In this document: one piece after another, positions 40,777 to 47,209 of the stretch
How positions within the stretch are numbered: position 1 is the stretch's first letter
Layout of the letters: every line of letters begins with the position of its first letter
Source of the DNA: a virus
Length of the DNA: 64,000 nucleotides
Direction: 5' to 3' (one strand)
Virus record (IMG/VR): IMGVR_UViG_3300044445_000018
Span: 1 to 64,000 of that record
The notes under the pieces: model-generated
What the model was told of the DNA's origin: nothing
Databases searched by the model: none
What the model saw: the letters and a program-made list of their open reading frames with translations, nothing else
Program-made: the position numbers and the translations under genes

Positions 40777-40816
40777 CTTGGAACTCCTTTTCCGGGGGCT
40801 CGCTTGCCCCACGAGT

Positions 40817-40844
40817 ACGATGGCACAAGGGCAGGGACAGGCAA
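40817..40844 (-). promoter_or_regulatory. early-type promoter P2 TTGCCT-16-CATCGT
   Basis: GGTGTTTTT block directly upstream of the -35. Confidence 0.45.
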
Positions 40845-40861
40845 GTGAAAAACACCTGCCT

Positions 40862-40877
40862 GTGCAATTAACGTCAG
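40862..40877. promoter_or_regulatory. junction palindrome GTGCAATTAACGTCAG
   Basis: Contains the TGA stop of 40874..41128. Its centre is 28 bp from the P2 -35 centre. Confidence 0.85.
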
Positions 40878-41128
40878 TACCCCATGCGGGCGCGGCGGTC
40901 CTCGTACATCTGCTGGGCTTTCGTCTCGGCCGCCTGTTCCAGGCTCATCCTCTTCTGCCGCTGGGCGAGGCTGCGTTCGATCCGCTCCTCATCCAACTCC
41001 CGGTCGGTCGCCTCGGTCCTCAGGTACATCTCCCGCTCGCCGTACGCTCGGGCGCCCTGGGCGACTTTCGTCACGCTGTGGGTGCGGGCGGCTTGCTCGG
41101 CGAGGGCGCGGAGGGCAGCTTTGGTCAT
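40874..41128 (-). CDS. small charged helical protein (84 aa)
   Basis: ATG after GGAAAAGGAGTTTCC. Confidence 0.5.
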   Translation of the reverse strand: MTKAALRALAEQAARTHSVTKVAQGARAYGEREMYLRTEATDRELDEERIERSLAQRQKRMSLEQAAETKAQQMYEDRRARMGY

Positions 41129-41161
41129 CTGAGGAAACTCCTTTTCCCTGGGACTGACTTA

Positions 41162-41189
41162 ACGATGGCACAATGGCGACGGATGTAAA
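41162..41189 (-). promoter_or_regulatory. early-type promoter P3 TTTACA-16-CATCGT
   Basis: Directly follows the hairpin at 41195..41218. Confidence 0.55.
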
Positions 41190-41194
41190 GAGGA

Positions 41195-41218
41195 GGGGGA
41201 CCTTTTTAGGGGTCCCCC
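41195..41218 (-). terminator. GC-rich hairpin (possible terminator)
   Basis: GGGGGACC-CCTAAAAA-GGTCCCCC, then TCCTCTTT. Confidence 0.45.
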
Positions 41219-41228
41219 AACTAGGTAG

Positions 41229-41459
41229 TTATTCCCCGTCTGGGAGGGGGGAGAAATGGCACTGGAAGATGTCTGAGAGCCTTTCCACCAAATTGTGATC
41301 TGAGGAGATGGAGATGGTGTGGCTCTCCTGGGGGTCTATTCTGATGGTGACTGAGCCCCCTGTGGGGGGTGTGTTTTCCCCATCTGAGTTGATGTAGTCT
41401 GAGGCTTCTTGGGTAATGATGTCTAGGAACTGCTGAACTGTGATCTGGAAGGCTGCCAT
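41229..41459 (-). CDS. small protein (76 aa), locally lower GC
   Basis: ATG 41459 after GGAAAAGGAGTTCC. Confidence 0.5.
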   Translation of the reverse strand: MAAFQITVQQFLDIITQEASDYINSDGENTPPTGGSVTIRIDPQESHTISISSDHNLVERLSDIFQCHFSPLPDGE

Positions 41460-41490
41460 CTGGGGAACTCCTTTTCCTGGTGACACTTAG

Positions 41491-41518
41491 ACGATAGCCC
41501 CAGAGCAACTACTGTAAA
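41491..41518 (-). promoter_or_regulatory. early-type promoter P4 TTTACA-16-TATCGT
   Basis: Directly follows the hairpin at 41521..41545. Confidence 0.6.
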
Positions 41519-41520
41519 GA

Positions 41521-41545
41521 GGGGCCCGCCAAAAAAGCGAGCCCC
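41521..41545 (-). terminator. GC-rich hairpin (possible terminator)
   Basis: Minus strand GGGGCTCGC-TTTTTTG-GCGGGCCCC. Confidence 0.45.
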
Positions 41546-41556
41546 GTCGCCTTATT

Positions 41557-41742
41557 CTACTCCGGGATTTCCGTGTTGAGGCACGTAAAGAACACCGTGA
41601 ACCCCTCCTCCGTCCACATCACCTTTGCGTACTCCACCGCCTCCGCCCTATCTGCTGCGGAGATGATTGCAAACCGCCATTCCGGGTCTGCGTCTCCGAG
41701 GCTGCAAGAACCGTTCACCAAAAAAGTCTGCTCCGGCATCAC
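41557..41742 (-). CDS. small protein (61 aa)
   Basis: GTG/ATG start after GGAAAAGGAGTTC. Confidence 0.5.
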   Translation of the reverse strand: MMPEQTFLVNGSCSLGDADPEWRFAIISAADRAEAVEYAKVMWTEEGFTVFFTCLNTEIPE

Positions 41743-41771
41743 CTGAACTCCTTTTCCGTGTTGACCTCTAC

Positions 41772-41799
41772 ACGGTAGCCCAGGGTCTGCGCACGTAAA
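41772..41799 (-). promoter_or_regulatory. early-type promoter P5 TTTACG-16-TACCGT
   Basis: Directly follows the hairpin at 41802..41828. Confidence 0.55.
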
Positions 41800-41801
41800 G
41801 A

Positions 41802-41828
41802 GGGGACCCGCCTATTTGACGAGCCCCC
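41802..41828 (-). terminator. GC-rich hairpin (possible terminator)
   Basis: Minus strand GGGGGCTCG-loop-CGGGTCCCC, with G-U pairs. Confidence 0.4.
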
Positions 41829-41847
41829 GTCCTTTTGTCTTCTGGGA

Positions 41848-42255
41848 TCAGACCGCGAGGGCCTGGAGCTTGCGGTCCTTCACCCCACGCTCGGGCAGGG
41901 TCACTTCCCAGACACCGTCCGTCTCAGCCCAGGCGGTCAGGAGCCGCTTCTCGAACCAGCGCGGGCGGCCCCCGAACTCCGGGGTGATGATGTAGAGGGG
42001 CGTCTCCTTGGTGCCAACCGGGCACCGCAGGGTCATCGTCTTCACCCGAGGCAGGTCTTTCACCGTCTCGCCGGGGATCACGGTCAGTGCCGTGCAGGGC
42101 TGAGCGGCCAGTATCTGGACACCCGTGCTCTCGCTGAACTCGCTCACGATCTCCGGGGTGTGGAGCAGGATGGCCTGGGGCTGGCAGTCCGCATCGAACA
42201 GCTTGGCGTCGAAGGACTTGGCATTGCGGGAGAGGCTGATCTTCTTGGCGGCCAT
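41848..42255 (-). CDS. PRWFEKR-family early protein, paralogue 1 (135 aa)
   Basis: MTLRCPVGTKETPLYIITPEFGGRPRWFEKRLLTAW is shared with 43701..44072 and 44489..45052. Confidence 0.6.
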   Translation of the reverse strand: MAAKKISLSRNAKSFDAKLFDADCQPQAILLHTPEIVSEFSESTGVQILAAQPCTALTVIPGETVKDLPRVKTMTLRCPVGTKETPLYIITPEFGGRPRWFEKRLLTAWAETDGVWEVTLPERGVKDRKLQALAV

Positions 42256-42316
42256 GGTGGAAACTCCTTTTTCCGGTGGCTGGTGGGCTGGGGTGTTTCC
42301 CCGTTGCCCATGATTT

Positions 42317-42344
42317 AACGTAGACCCTGTGCGACTGCTGTAAA
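42317..42344 (-). promoter_or_regulatory. early-type promoter P6 TTTACA-16-TACGTT
   Basis: Upstream of 41848..42255. Confidence 0.6.
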
Positions 42345-42371
42345 GAGGTTTTTCGCTGGGTCTGTCGATTT

Positions 42372-42387
42372 GTGCAATTAATGTCAG
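42372..42387. promoter_or_regulatory. palindrome GTGCAATTAATGTCAG
   Basis: Its centre is 38 bp from the P6 -35 centre. Confidence 0.85.
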
Positions 42388-42492
42388 ACGCTGGAGGTCT
42401 GCTCGAAGGCTGCGTCTGCGGGGTCATAATTACGAATAACGTATACGGCTTCGCACGAGGGAGAGGGGCTGGTGGGCCCCTCCCGTCTTCTG

Positions 42493-42702
42493 TCAAATCC
42501 TGTTGATCACGCCCGCCTCCTCGGCGTCTTCCAGTACATTGTTGCAGAAGCGCATAAGTAGCTTGTCTTCCGGGTCCGTCTCGGTGGTCTCAATCTTCCT
42601 GCTCAAGGTGAAGGTCTCGGACCCGCCACCAATGGGGCTCACCGCGTAGAGGGCAACCTTGATGAGGAGCAATTCGCGATCCGTGAGGGTGATGGTCTTC
42701 AT
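42493..42702 (-). CDS. small protein (69 aa)
   Basis: ATG after GGAAAAGGAGTTC. Confidence 0.5.
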   Translation of the reverse strand: MKTITLTDRELLLIKVALYAVSPIGGGSETFTLSRKIETTETDPEDKLLMRFCNNVLEDAEEAGVINRI

Positions 42703-42746
42703 GTCCAGAACTCCTTTTCCGGGGTGGGGTTTGTTGCCCCACGAAT

Positions 42747-42774
42747 ACCGTAGCCCAGGCCCGGTGCATGTCCA
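42747..42774 (-). promoter_or_regulatory. early-type promoter P7 TGGACA-16-TACGGT
   Basis: Upstream of 42493..42702. Confidence 0.55.
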
Positions 42775-42791
42775 GGGAAATGTCGCCTCCC

Positions 42792-42807
42792 GTGCAATTA
42801 ATTGCAG
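42792..42807. promoter_or_regulatory. palindrome GTGCAATTAATTGCAG
   Basis: Perfect 14-bp core. Its centre is 28 bp from the P7 -35 centre. Confidence 0.85.
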
Positions 42808-42862
42808 ACGGGCCAGTTCGAGGGCTGCGTCACCGGCAGCATCTGGCGTGCCATTCCCAGGG

Positions 42863-42886
42863 CCCCTCCCTTTTTAGGGGGAGGGG
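42863..42886 (-). terminator. GC-rich hairpin after 42899..43141
   Basis: CCCCTCCC-CCTAAAAA-GGGAGGGG. Same loop as the hairpin at 41195..41218. No U-run. Confidence 0.4.
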
Positions 42887-42898
42887 TGATGAGTGACG

Positions 42899-43141
42899 TC
42901 AAACGTCAGTGGTCAGGGTCCGTAAGGTGAGATGGGTCCAGTCAATTATGGGTTGAAATTCTGAGACCTCCACCAACTCCCCAACTTCCAACAGCCGCAG
43001 GGCGTCAGGGTTTTGGGCCAGTTGGTAGTAGTCATTCTTTTTGAGCCACCGCTCCAGGCCCACGGAGGGGTGGATGATGGAGATGGCCTCGGCCCCCTCC
43101 TCGTTGAACCCGTAGAGAATGTGAGTGGTGATCTGGGCCAT
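42899..43141 (-). CDS. small protein (80 aa)
   Basis: ATG after GGAAACGGAGTTCC. Confidence 0.5.
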   Translation of the reverse strand: MAQITTHILYGFNEEGAEAISIIHPSVGLERWLKKNDYYQLAQNPDALRLLEVGELVEVSEFQPIIDWTHLTLRTLTTDV

Positions 43142-43185
43142 TTGGAACTCCGTTTCCAGGGGGGTTGTTTTTGCCCCCGTGATTT

Positions 43186-43213
43186 AACGTAACACGGGTG
43201 GTCGTCAGGGAAA
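43186..43213 (-). promoter_or_regulatory. early-type promoter P8 TTTCCC-16-TACGTT
   Basis: GGTGTTTTT block upstream of the -35. Confidence 0.45.
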
Positions 43214-43274
43214 GGGAAAAACACCTGCGTGCGCCTAAAAGATCATGCCATGTCGTGTGGTGTTTCTGCCTTCA

Positions 43275-43290
43275 GTGCAATTAATGTCAC
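43275..43290. promoter_or_regulatory. palindrome GTGCAATTAATGTCAC
   Basis: Lies in the ORF-free region 43225..43700. Confidence 0.85.
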
Positions 43291-43551
43291 TCGCCTGGGA
43301 AGGGTCTGGACGGCCCTGGACTGGGGGCGGGCCCAGGCATGAACCTTCGTTGACGGTCCTGTCAAATCTGCGACTGGCGTGCCCATACGGGCTTTGACTG
43401 GCCATTGACTAGCCTCCGAAGCTGCTAGGCTGCGCCTTCATGACGAATGTCGCCCAGCGTCAGGCGTCACCAAGTGACGATTGACGTCAAGCATCACACG
43501 GTGTCGTCATTCTTCATTCGTCACCAACTGCGTGCATACGTGCGTGCGCTC

Positions 43552-43614
43552 GCCTAGCCTGCTTCGTACGTGCATGCGCCTAGCCTGCTCCATACGCTCG
43601 TACGCCTAGCCTGC
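43552..43614. repeat. three exact GCCTAGCCTGC copies at 26-bp spacing
   Basis: Copies at 43552, 43578 and 43604. Confidence 0.85.
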
Positions 43615-43650
43615 ATTTTTCAGTTCGAAGGCTGCGTCAGGCGTCTGCGC

Positions 43651-43675
43651 ACAAAAACGGGACCCGAGGGCCCCG
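43651..43675 (-). terminator. intrinsic terminator after paralogue 2
   Basis: Minus strand CGGGGCC-CTCG-GGTCCCG followed by TTTTTGTG. Confidence 0.65.
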
Positions 43676-43700
43676 CCTTGCTTACTTCTGGTGCCTTGTG

Positions 43701-44072
43701 TCAGGCGATGTAGGCAGTCAGCTTCCGCTCTTTGACACCCCGCTCTGCCAGCGTCACCAAGTAGCTGTCACCGTCAGCCACCCATGCGGAGAGCAGGCGC
43801 TTCTCGAACCAACGGGGCTTCCCACCCATCTCCGGGGTGATGACATACAGGGGGGTCTCCTTCGTCCCGACCGGGCAGCGGAGCGTCACCATCTTCGGGG
43901 TGGGCTTGCGGGCCGGGGTGAGGTCGATCACGCCTTCACCGGGGATGAGGGCCAGGGCCGTGCCGGTGGGCTTGGGCTGGGAGAGGAACGCCGTGACGTG
44001 AGCGTCGTGCGAGAGGAGGGCCGCGTCGAACTTCTTGGCGTTCTTGGAGAGGGTGATGGACTTGCGAGCCAT
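43701..44072 (-). CDS. PRWFEKR-family early protein, paralogue 2 (123 aa)
   Basis: ATG 44072 (MARKSITLSKNAKKF) after GGAAAAGGAGTTCC. Confidence 0.6.
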   Translation of the reverse strand: MARKSITLSKNAKKFDAALLSHDAHVTAFLSQPKPTGTALALIPGEGVIDLTPARKPTPKMVTLRCPVGTKETPLYVITPEMGGKPRWFEKRLLSAWVADGDSYLVTLAERGVKERKLTAYIA

Positions 44073-44125
44073 GGGGAACTCCTTTTCCCGTTTGCCCTGG
44101 GAGGTGTTTCCCTTGGGCATGATTT

Positions 44126-44153
44126 AACGTAGCACTGGCCCGACTGCTGTAAA
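44126..44153 (-). promoter_or_regulatory. early-type promoter P9 TTTACA-16-TACGTT
   Basis: GGTGTTTTT block upstream of the -35. Confidence 0.6.
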
Positions 44154-44356
44154 GGGAAAAACACCTTCTTCTGTCGATTGACGATTGACGCCCAGCGTCA
44201 GTCTTCAGGCTGCGTGCGTGCGCCTCGTTCGAAGGCTGCGTCACCGTGACGAATGTCGTCAAGCATCAGTCGTCAGTGCTGACAAACAGCACCATCGTCA
44301 GGTTACATCTGCCGTCATCGTCATCTGACTGCGTGCGTACATACGAGCATGCGTGC

Positions 44357-44423
44357 GCCTTGTCTGCTTTTCGTGCGTGCGTCCGAGCGTGCGTACGCCT
44401 AGCCTGCATGTGCGCCTAGCCTG
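44357..44423. repeat. iteron-like copies (GCCTTGTCTGC, GCCTAGCCTGC x2)
   Basis: Copies at 44357, 44397 and 44413. Confidence 0.8.
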
Positions 44424-44431
44424 CTTCGCAC

Positions 44432-44458
44432 AAAAAAACCCCGCTCTTGCGAGCGAGG
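44432..44458 (-). terminator. intrinsic terminator after paralogue 3
   Basis: Minus strand CCTCGCTC-GCAA-GAGCGGGG followed by TTTTTTTG. Confidence 0.7.
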
Positions 44459-44461
44459 CTT

Positions 44462-44477
44462 GTGAAGTTAACTGCAC
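44462..44477. promoter_or_regulatory. palindrome GTGAAGTTAACTGCAC
   Basis: Between the stop at 44489 and the terminator hairpin. Confidence 0.85.
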
Positions 44478-44488
44478 TGGGTGGCTGG

Positions 44489-45052
44489 TCAGGCAGCCTG
44501 GGCGGGGACGCTGAGTTCGACCGCGTCGGTCTCGGGGCCCATGTGCTCGGTCTGCAACTCGATGGGCGCGGGCTCCTCGTTGGCCTTCGTGTCGAGTTGG
44601 GCGAGCAGGTGGCCCAGGCCACGCGAGGTCAGTTCCTTCGTGTTGCAGGTGATCCGCACACCACCCTGGATGGCCTCGGCACTGTCGAGGCGCTTGCGCT
44701 CGAACCAGCGGGGCTTGCTGCCGAGCACGGGGGTGATCACGTACTGGGCGGTCAGCTTGGCGCCGTCGATCTCCAGGGTGACAGTGCTGCCGTGCATCAC
44801 CTTCTGGGTGGGAGGCGTCTCGTTGATGATGTCGTCGGCCTCGTTCATGAGGTCCGTCGCCGCCGATAGGTTGTCGGAGGTCTCGCTCGAAGGCTGCGTC
44901 ACCGAAGCCGTCTCGACGCTGACCGGGTTGGAGAGCACGACCTCGTACTTGCCGTTGCTCTCGACCACGACGTACTGGGCGTCGGGGGTGGACTTCTTGG
45001 CCGCGATCTTCTGGGCGGTCTCGGCGGAAGCGTAGGACTTGATGACGGGCAT
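44489..45052 (-). CDS. PRWFEKR-family early protein, paralogue 3 (187 aa)
   Basis: C-terminal YVITPVLGSKPRWFERKRL. ATG after GGAAATGGAGTTCC. Confidence 0.6.
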   Translation of the reverse strand: MPVIKSYASAETAQKIAAKKSTPDAQYVVVESNGKYEVVLSNPVSVETASVTQPSSETSDNLSAATDLMNEADDIINETPPTQKVMHGSTVTLEIDGAKLTAQYVITPVLGSKPRWFERKRLDSAEAIQGGVRITCNTKELTSRGLGHLLAQLDTKANEEPAPIELQTEHMGPETDAVELSVPAQAA

Positions 45053-45112
45053 TGGGGAACTCCATTTCCCTCACCGCTGAACCCTGGGATGTGGGTGGCT
45101 GGTGATGCTTAG

Positions 45113-45140
45113 ACGATATCCTGTGTGCGGGGGCTGTAAA
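45113..45140 (-). promoter_or_regulatory. early-type promoter P10 TTTACA-16-TATCGT
   Basis: GGTGTTTTTT block upstream of the -35. Confidence 0.6.
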
Positions 45141-45157
45141 GGAAAAAACACCATTCT

Positions 45158-45173
45158 GTGCAATTAACTTCAC
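45158..45173. promoter_or_regulatory. palindrome GTGCAATTAACTTCAC
   Basis: 10 nt after the stop at 45184. Its centre is 28 bp from the P10 -35 centre. Confidence 0.85.
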
Positions 45174-45183
45174 AGCCCTTATG

Positions 45184-45489
45184 TCATTCCCCTTGCATGC
45201 GTGCGCGCTTCTTCGCGCGGCTGCGTGCGTTCATCTCCGACTGCGTCATCGGGCGGTCGCCGAGCGTCGGACGTCCGCGCTTCTTCGGGGCGGGCTGCGT
45301 GTCAGCGTGCGTGCGTGCCGCCCCATGCGTCCGCCTAGCCTGCTTTTCAGACGGGCGTGCATCCGAACTCGTATGCACCTGGCCTGCATCCTGCGGGCTT
45401 GCGGGCGTGGCTTCAGGCATAGCTGCATGCGCCTGGCCTGCATTTTTCAGGGCATTGTCGGCAGCGATCTGGGCAAGCGAGCGTATCAT
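45184..45489 (-). CDS. basic protein with AT-hook-like KKRGRP C-terminal region (101 aa)
   Basis: ATG 45489 is 6 nt after AAGGAG. The CDS contains three iteron-like copies. Confidence 0.45.
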   Translation of the reverse strand: MIRSLAQIAADNALKNAGQAHAAMPEATPASPQDAGQVHTSSDARPSEKQARRTHGAARTHADTQPAPKKRGRPTLGDRPMTQSEMNARSRAKKRARMQGE

Positions 45490-45501
45490 CTGCAACTCCT
45501 T

Positions 45502-45558
45502 TTCCTAACCATTTTCCTAATCATTTCCTAACCATGCGTCAAGCAATTTCCTAATCAT
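45502..45558. repeat. four copies of TTCCTAA(C/T)CAT
   Basis: Copies at 45502, 45514, 45525 and 45548, just upstream of the 45184..45489 start. Confidence 0.8.
45514..45542 (-). promoter_or_regulatory. weak candidate promoter TTGACG-17-TAGGAA
   Basis: Embedded in the TTCCTAAYCAT repeats. Confidence 0.3.
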
Positions 45559-45828
45559 TTCCGTTACGCCATGCACCTAGCCTGCATGGGCTAAGTGACT
45601 GATTTCATTCATGCAAACGTCCCATTTCCGGCATGCAAATCGGCCGCCGTCAAACTGGAGCGTACTGCGCCTACGGCGGGGGCTACTGGTTTCTATGGCT
45701 CTTGCAATAGCTACAGTTCTTCCGCCCCAACGTGCTTGGATTTTCCCTGGGCGGGGTGTACGGGCTTTTCCCGGGATTTTTCCAGGCTTTGGATACACGA
45801 ACGCCCCGGATTTGGGGTCCAGGGCGTT

Positions 45829-45844
45829 GTGCAATTAACTGCAT
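45829..45844. promoter_or_regulatory. palindrome GTGCAATTAACTGCAT
   Basis: 17 nt after the stop of 45862..46260. Confidence 0.8.
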
Positions 45845-45861
45845 GAGATCGTTTTGGTTTT

Positions 45862-46260
45862 TCAGCCTCCCGACTGCTGCCAATCCCTATCCAGACCATC
45901 GGTCTCTGCTGTGTCGTCCAGAGTTTCCCCGACCTCGGTCTGTCCCAGGAAACCGCGTCCCGGAGATGTCTTGCTAGTGAGGGTGCTTTTGCCTTGCAGA
46001 TAGCCGTTCTGGTAGGCTCTCTCCAGTCCCTCGAAGACACCCTGGATCGCCTCAGGTTCACCCAGGACAACGGCTCCCGGAAGTTCTCGGAACGCGGTCT
46101 GATGCTCGTACGCGTCTTCCTCAGTCTTGTACGTGAGGGTCAAGGGTTTCCCGCAAACTTGCAGGATTTGGAACCCGAAGGTGCGGGCAGTGTCGTCCGG
46201 CCCCACGGCATTGGGCGTGACGGGTCCGACGTAGGTAATAGGGGTGCCTCGTCTGGTCAT
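45862..46260 (-). CDS. hypothetical protein (132 aa)
   Basis: ORF-track ORF with an ATG start. Confidence 0.5.
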   Translation of the reverse strand: MTRRGTPITYVGPVTPNAVGPDDTARTFGFQILQVCGKPLTLTYKTEEDAYEHQTAFRELPGAVVLGEPEAIQGVFEGLERAYQNGYLQGKSTLTSKTSPGRGFLGQTEVGETLDDTAETDGLDRDWQQSGG

Positions 46261-46269
46261 GTGTTCTCC

Positions 46270-46518
46270 TTACGAGAATGGGCCTTCGGTGCGGGGCGCG
46301 TTGGCTTCATCCAGGGCGACACGATCCCGCTCCTCGACCAGGGCTGCACAGACGGCTCTGTCGATCTCACGCTCGATGTAGCGCGCCATGGTCACAACCC
46401 CGTCCACGGTGATGGTGCCGAAGGGCTGGTCTCGCTTGGAGATGATCTGCCCGCCTTGCTCCAGGGCCTTCTTGATGGCCTCGGCGTGACGGATGCTCTC
46501 GCTCACGGTATTGTCCAT
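46270..46518 (-). CDS. hypothetical protein (82 aa)
   Basis: ORF-track ORF with an ATG start. Confidence 0.5.
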   Translation of the reverse strand: MDNTVSESIRHAEAIKKALEQGGQIISKRDQPFGTITVDGVVTMARYIEREIDRAVCAALVEERDRVALDEANAPRTEGPFS

Positions 46519-46520
46519 AG

Positions 46521-47027
46521 TCAGCCTCCAAAATCGTTGCTGGCGTTGTCGAGCGCGATGTCTTGTTCACGCTCCTTGACCGCTGCTTCCACGGCGGTAT
46601 CGATGGTATAGATCAGTTCGGACATGTCCAACCACGCAAAGGCTGTCAGGCCCATATCTTCCAGGGCCAGAGGGTACGAACCCTCGGGATGCTGTGGGTA
46701 GAGCTTGCCGTGGTCAGCACAGGTGCAGACGATGGTCCTAATGTTCTCGGGCTCGTCCTTGTTGAAGGCCGCCACAGCCATCCGCTCATGAGGCCAGGGG
46801 GCCTTGTGCTCGGACATGGGGCGCCACTTGCCCAGCATGCCGTTGTGGGTCAGGAAGTCCACGGCGGCCCTGTCGAGGTCGTACAGGCCGTTGAGGACTG
46901 TTCCCCCGTCCTTGATCGGGGTGAAGGGCCCCTTGCCCTCCCGGTTGGGATCGTTGGGGTTCTTCTCGTCCTTGATCAGGGCGTCGAACAGCAACACCCC
47001 GAGGGTCTTCATGCTGGGCTCGTTCAT
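46521..47027 (-). CDS. hypothetical protein (168 aa)
   Basis: ATG 47027 is 5 nt after AAGGAGAG, in a TGATG overlap. Confidence 0.5.
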   Translation of the reverse strand: MNEPSMKTLGVLLFDALIKDEKNPNDPNREGKGPFTPIKDGGTVLNGLYDLDRAAVDFLTHNGMLGKWRPMSEHKAPWPHERMAVAAFNKDEPENIRTIVCTCADHGKLYPQHPEGSYPLALEDMGLTAFAWLDMSELIYTIDTAVEAAVKEREQDIALDNASNDFGG

Positions 47028-47209
47028 CACTTCTCTCCTTTGTAGCCTTGCTCGATCTTGTTGAAGAACGACCCGAACTCCTTGGGGTCGGTTGCGATCT
47101 TGTAGAGGATGACGGCCCCCATCCCCCAGATGCAGAGGATGATGACGAGTAGTCCCGCGTAGAACAGGTTGTGCCAGCGCGTGTCGATCAGGTGCTCGCG
47201 CTTACGCAT
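47027..47209 (-). CDS. small membrane protein (60 aa)
   Basis: TM stretch LFYAGLLVIILCIWGMGAVILY. GTGATG start region. Confidence 0.45.
   Translation of the reverse strand: MRKREHLIDTRWHNLFYAGLLVIILCIWGMGAVILYKIATDPKEFGSFFNKIEQGYKGEK

Larger units (their letters stand above)
45333..45585. repeat. four iteron-like copies (GCCTAGCCTGC, ACCTGGCCTGC, GCCTGGCCTGC, ACCTAGCCTGC)
   Basis: Copies at 45333, 45377, 45430 and 45575. Confidence 0.75.

Noticed and set aside
45640-45700. A possible tRNA (GGGGCGG...CCCCCGCC) in the non-coding gap.
   Set aside because: The putative acceptor arms are not complementary. The segment is also too short for a cloverleaf. I cannot run tRNAscan, so small RNAs are not excluded.
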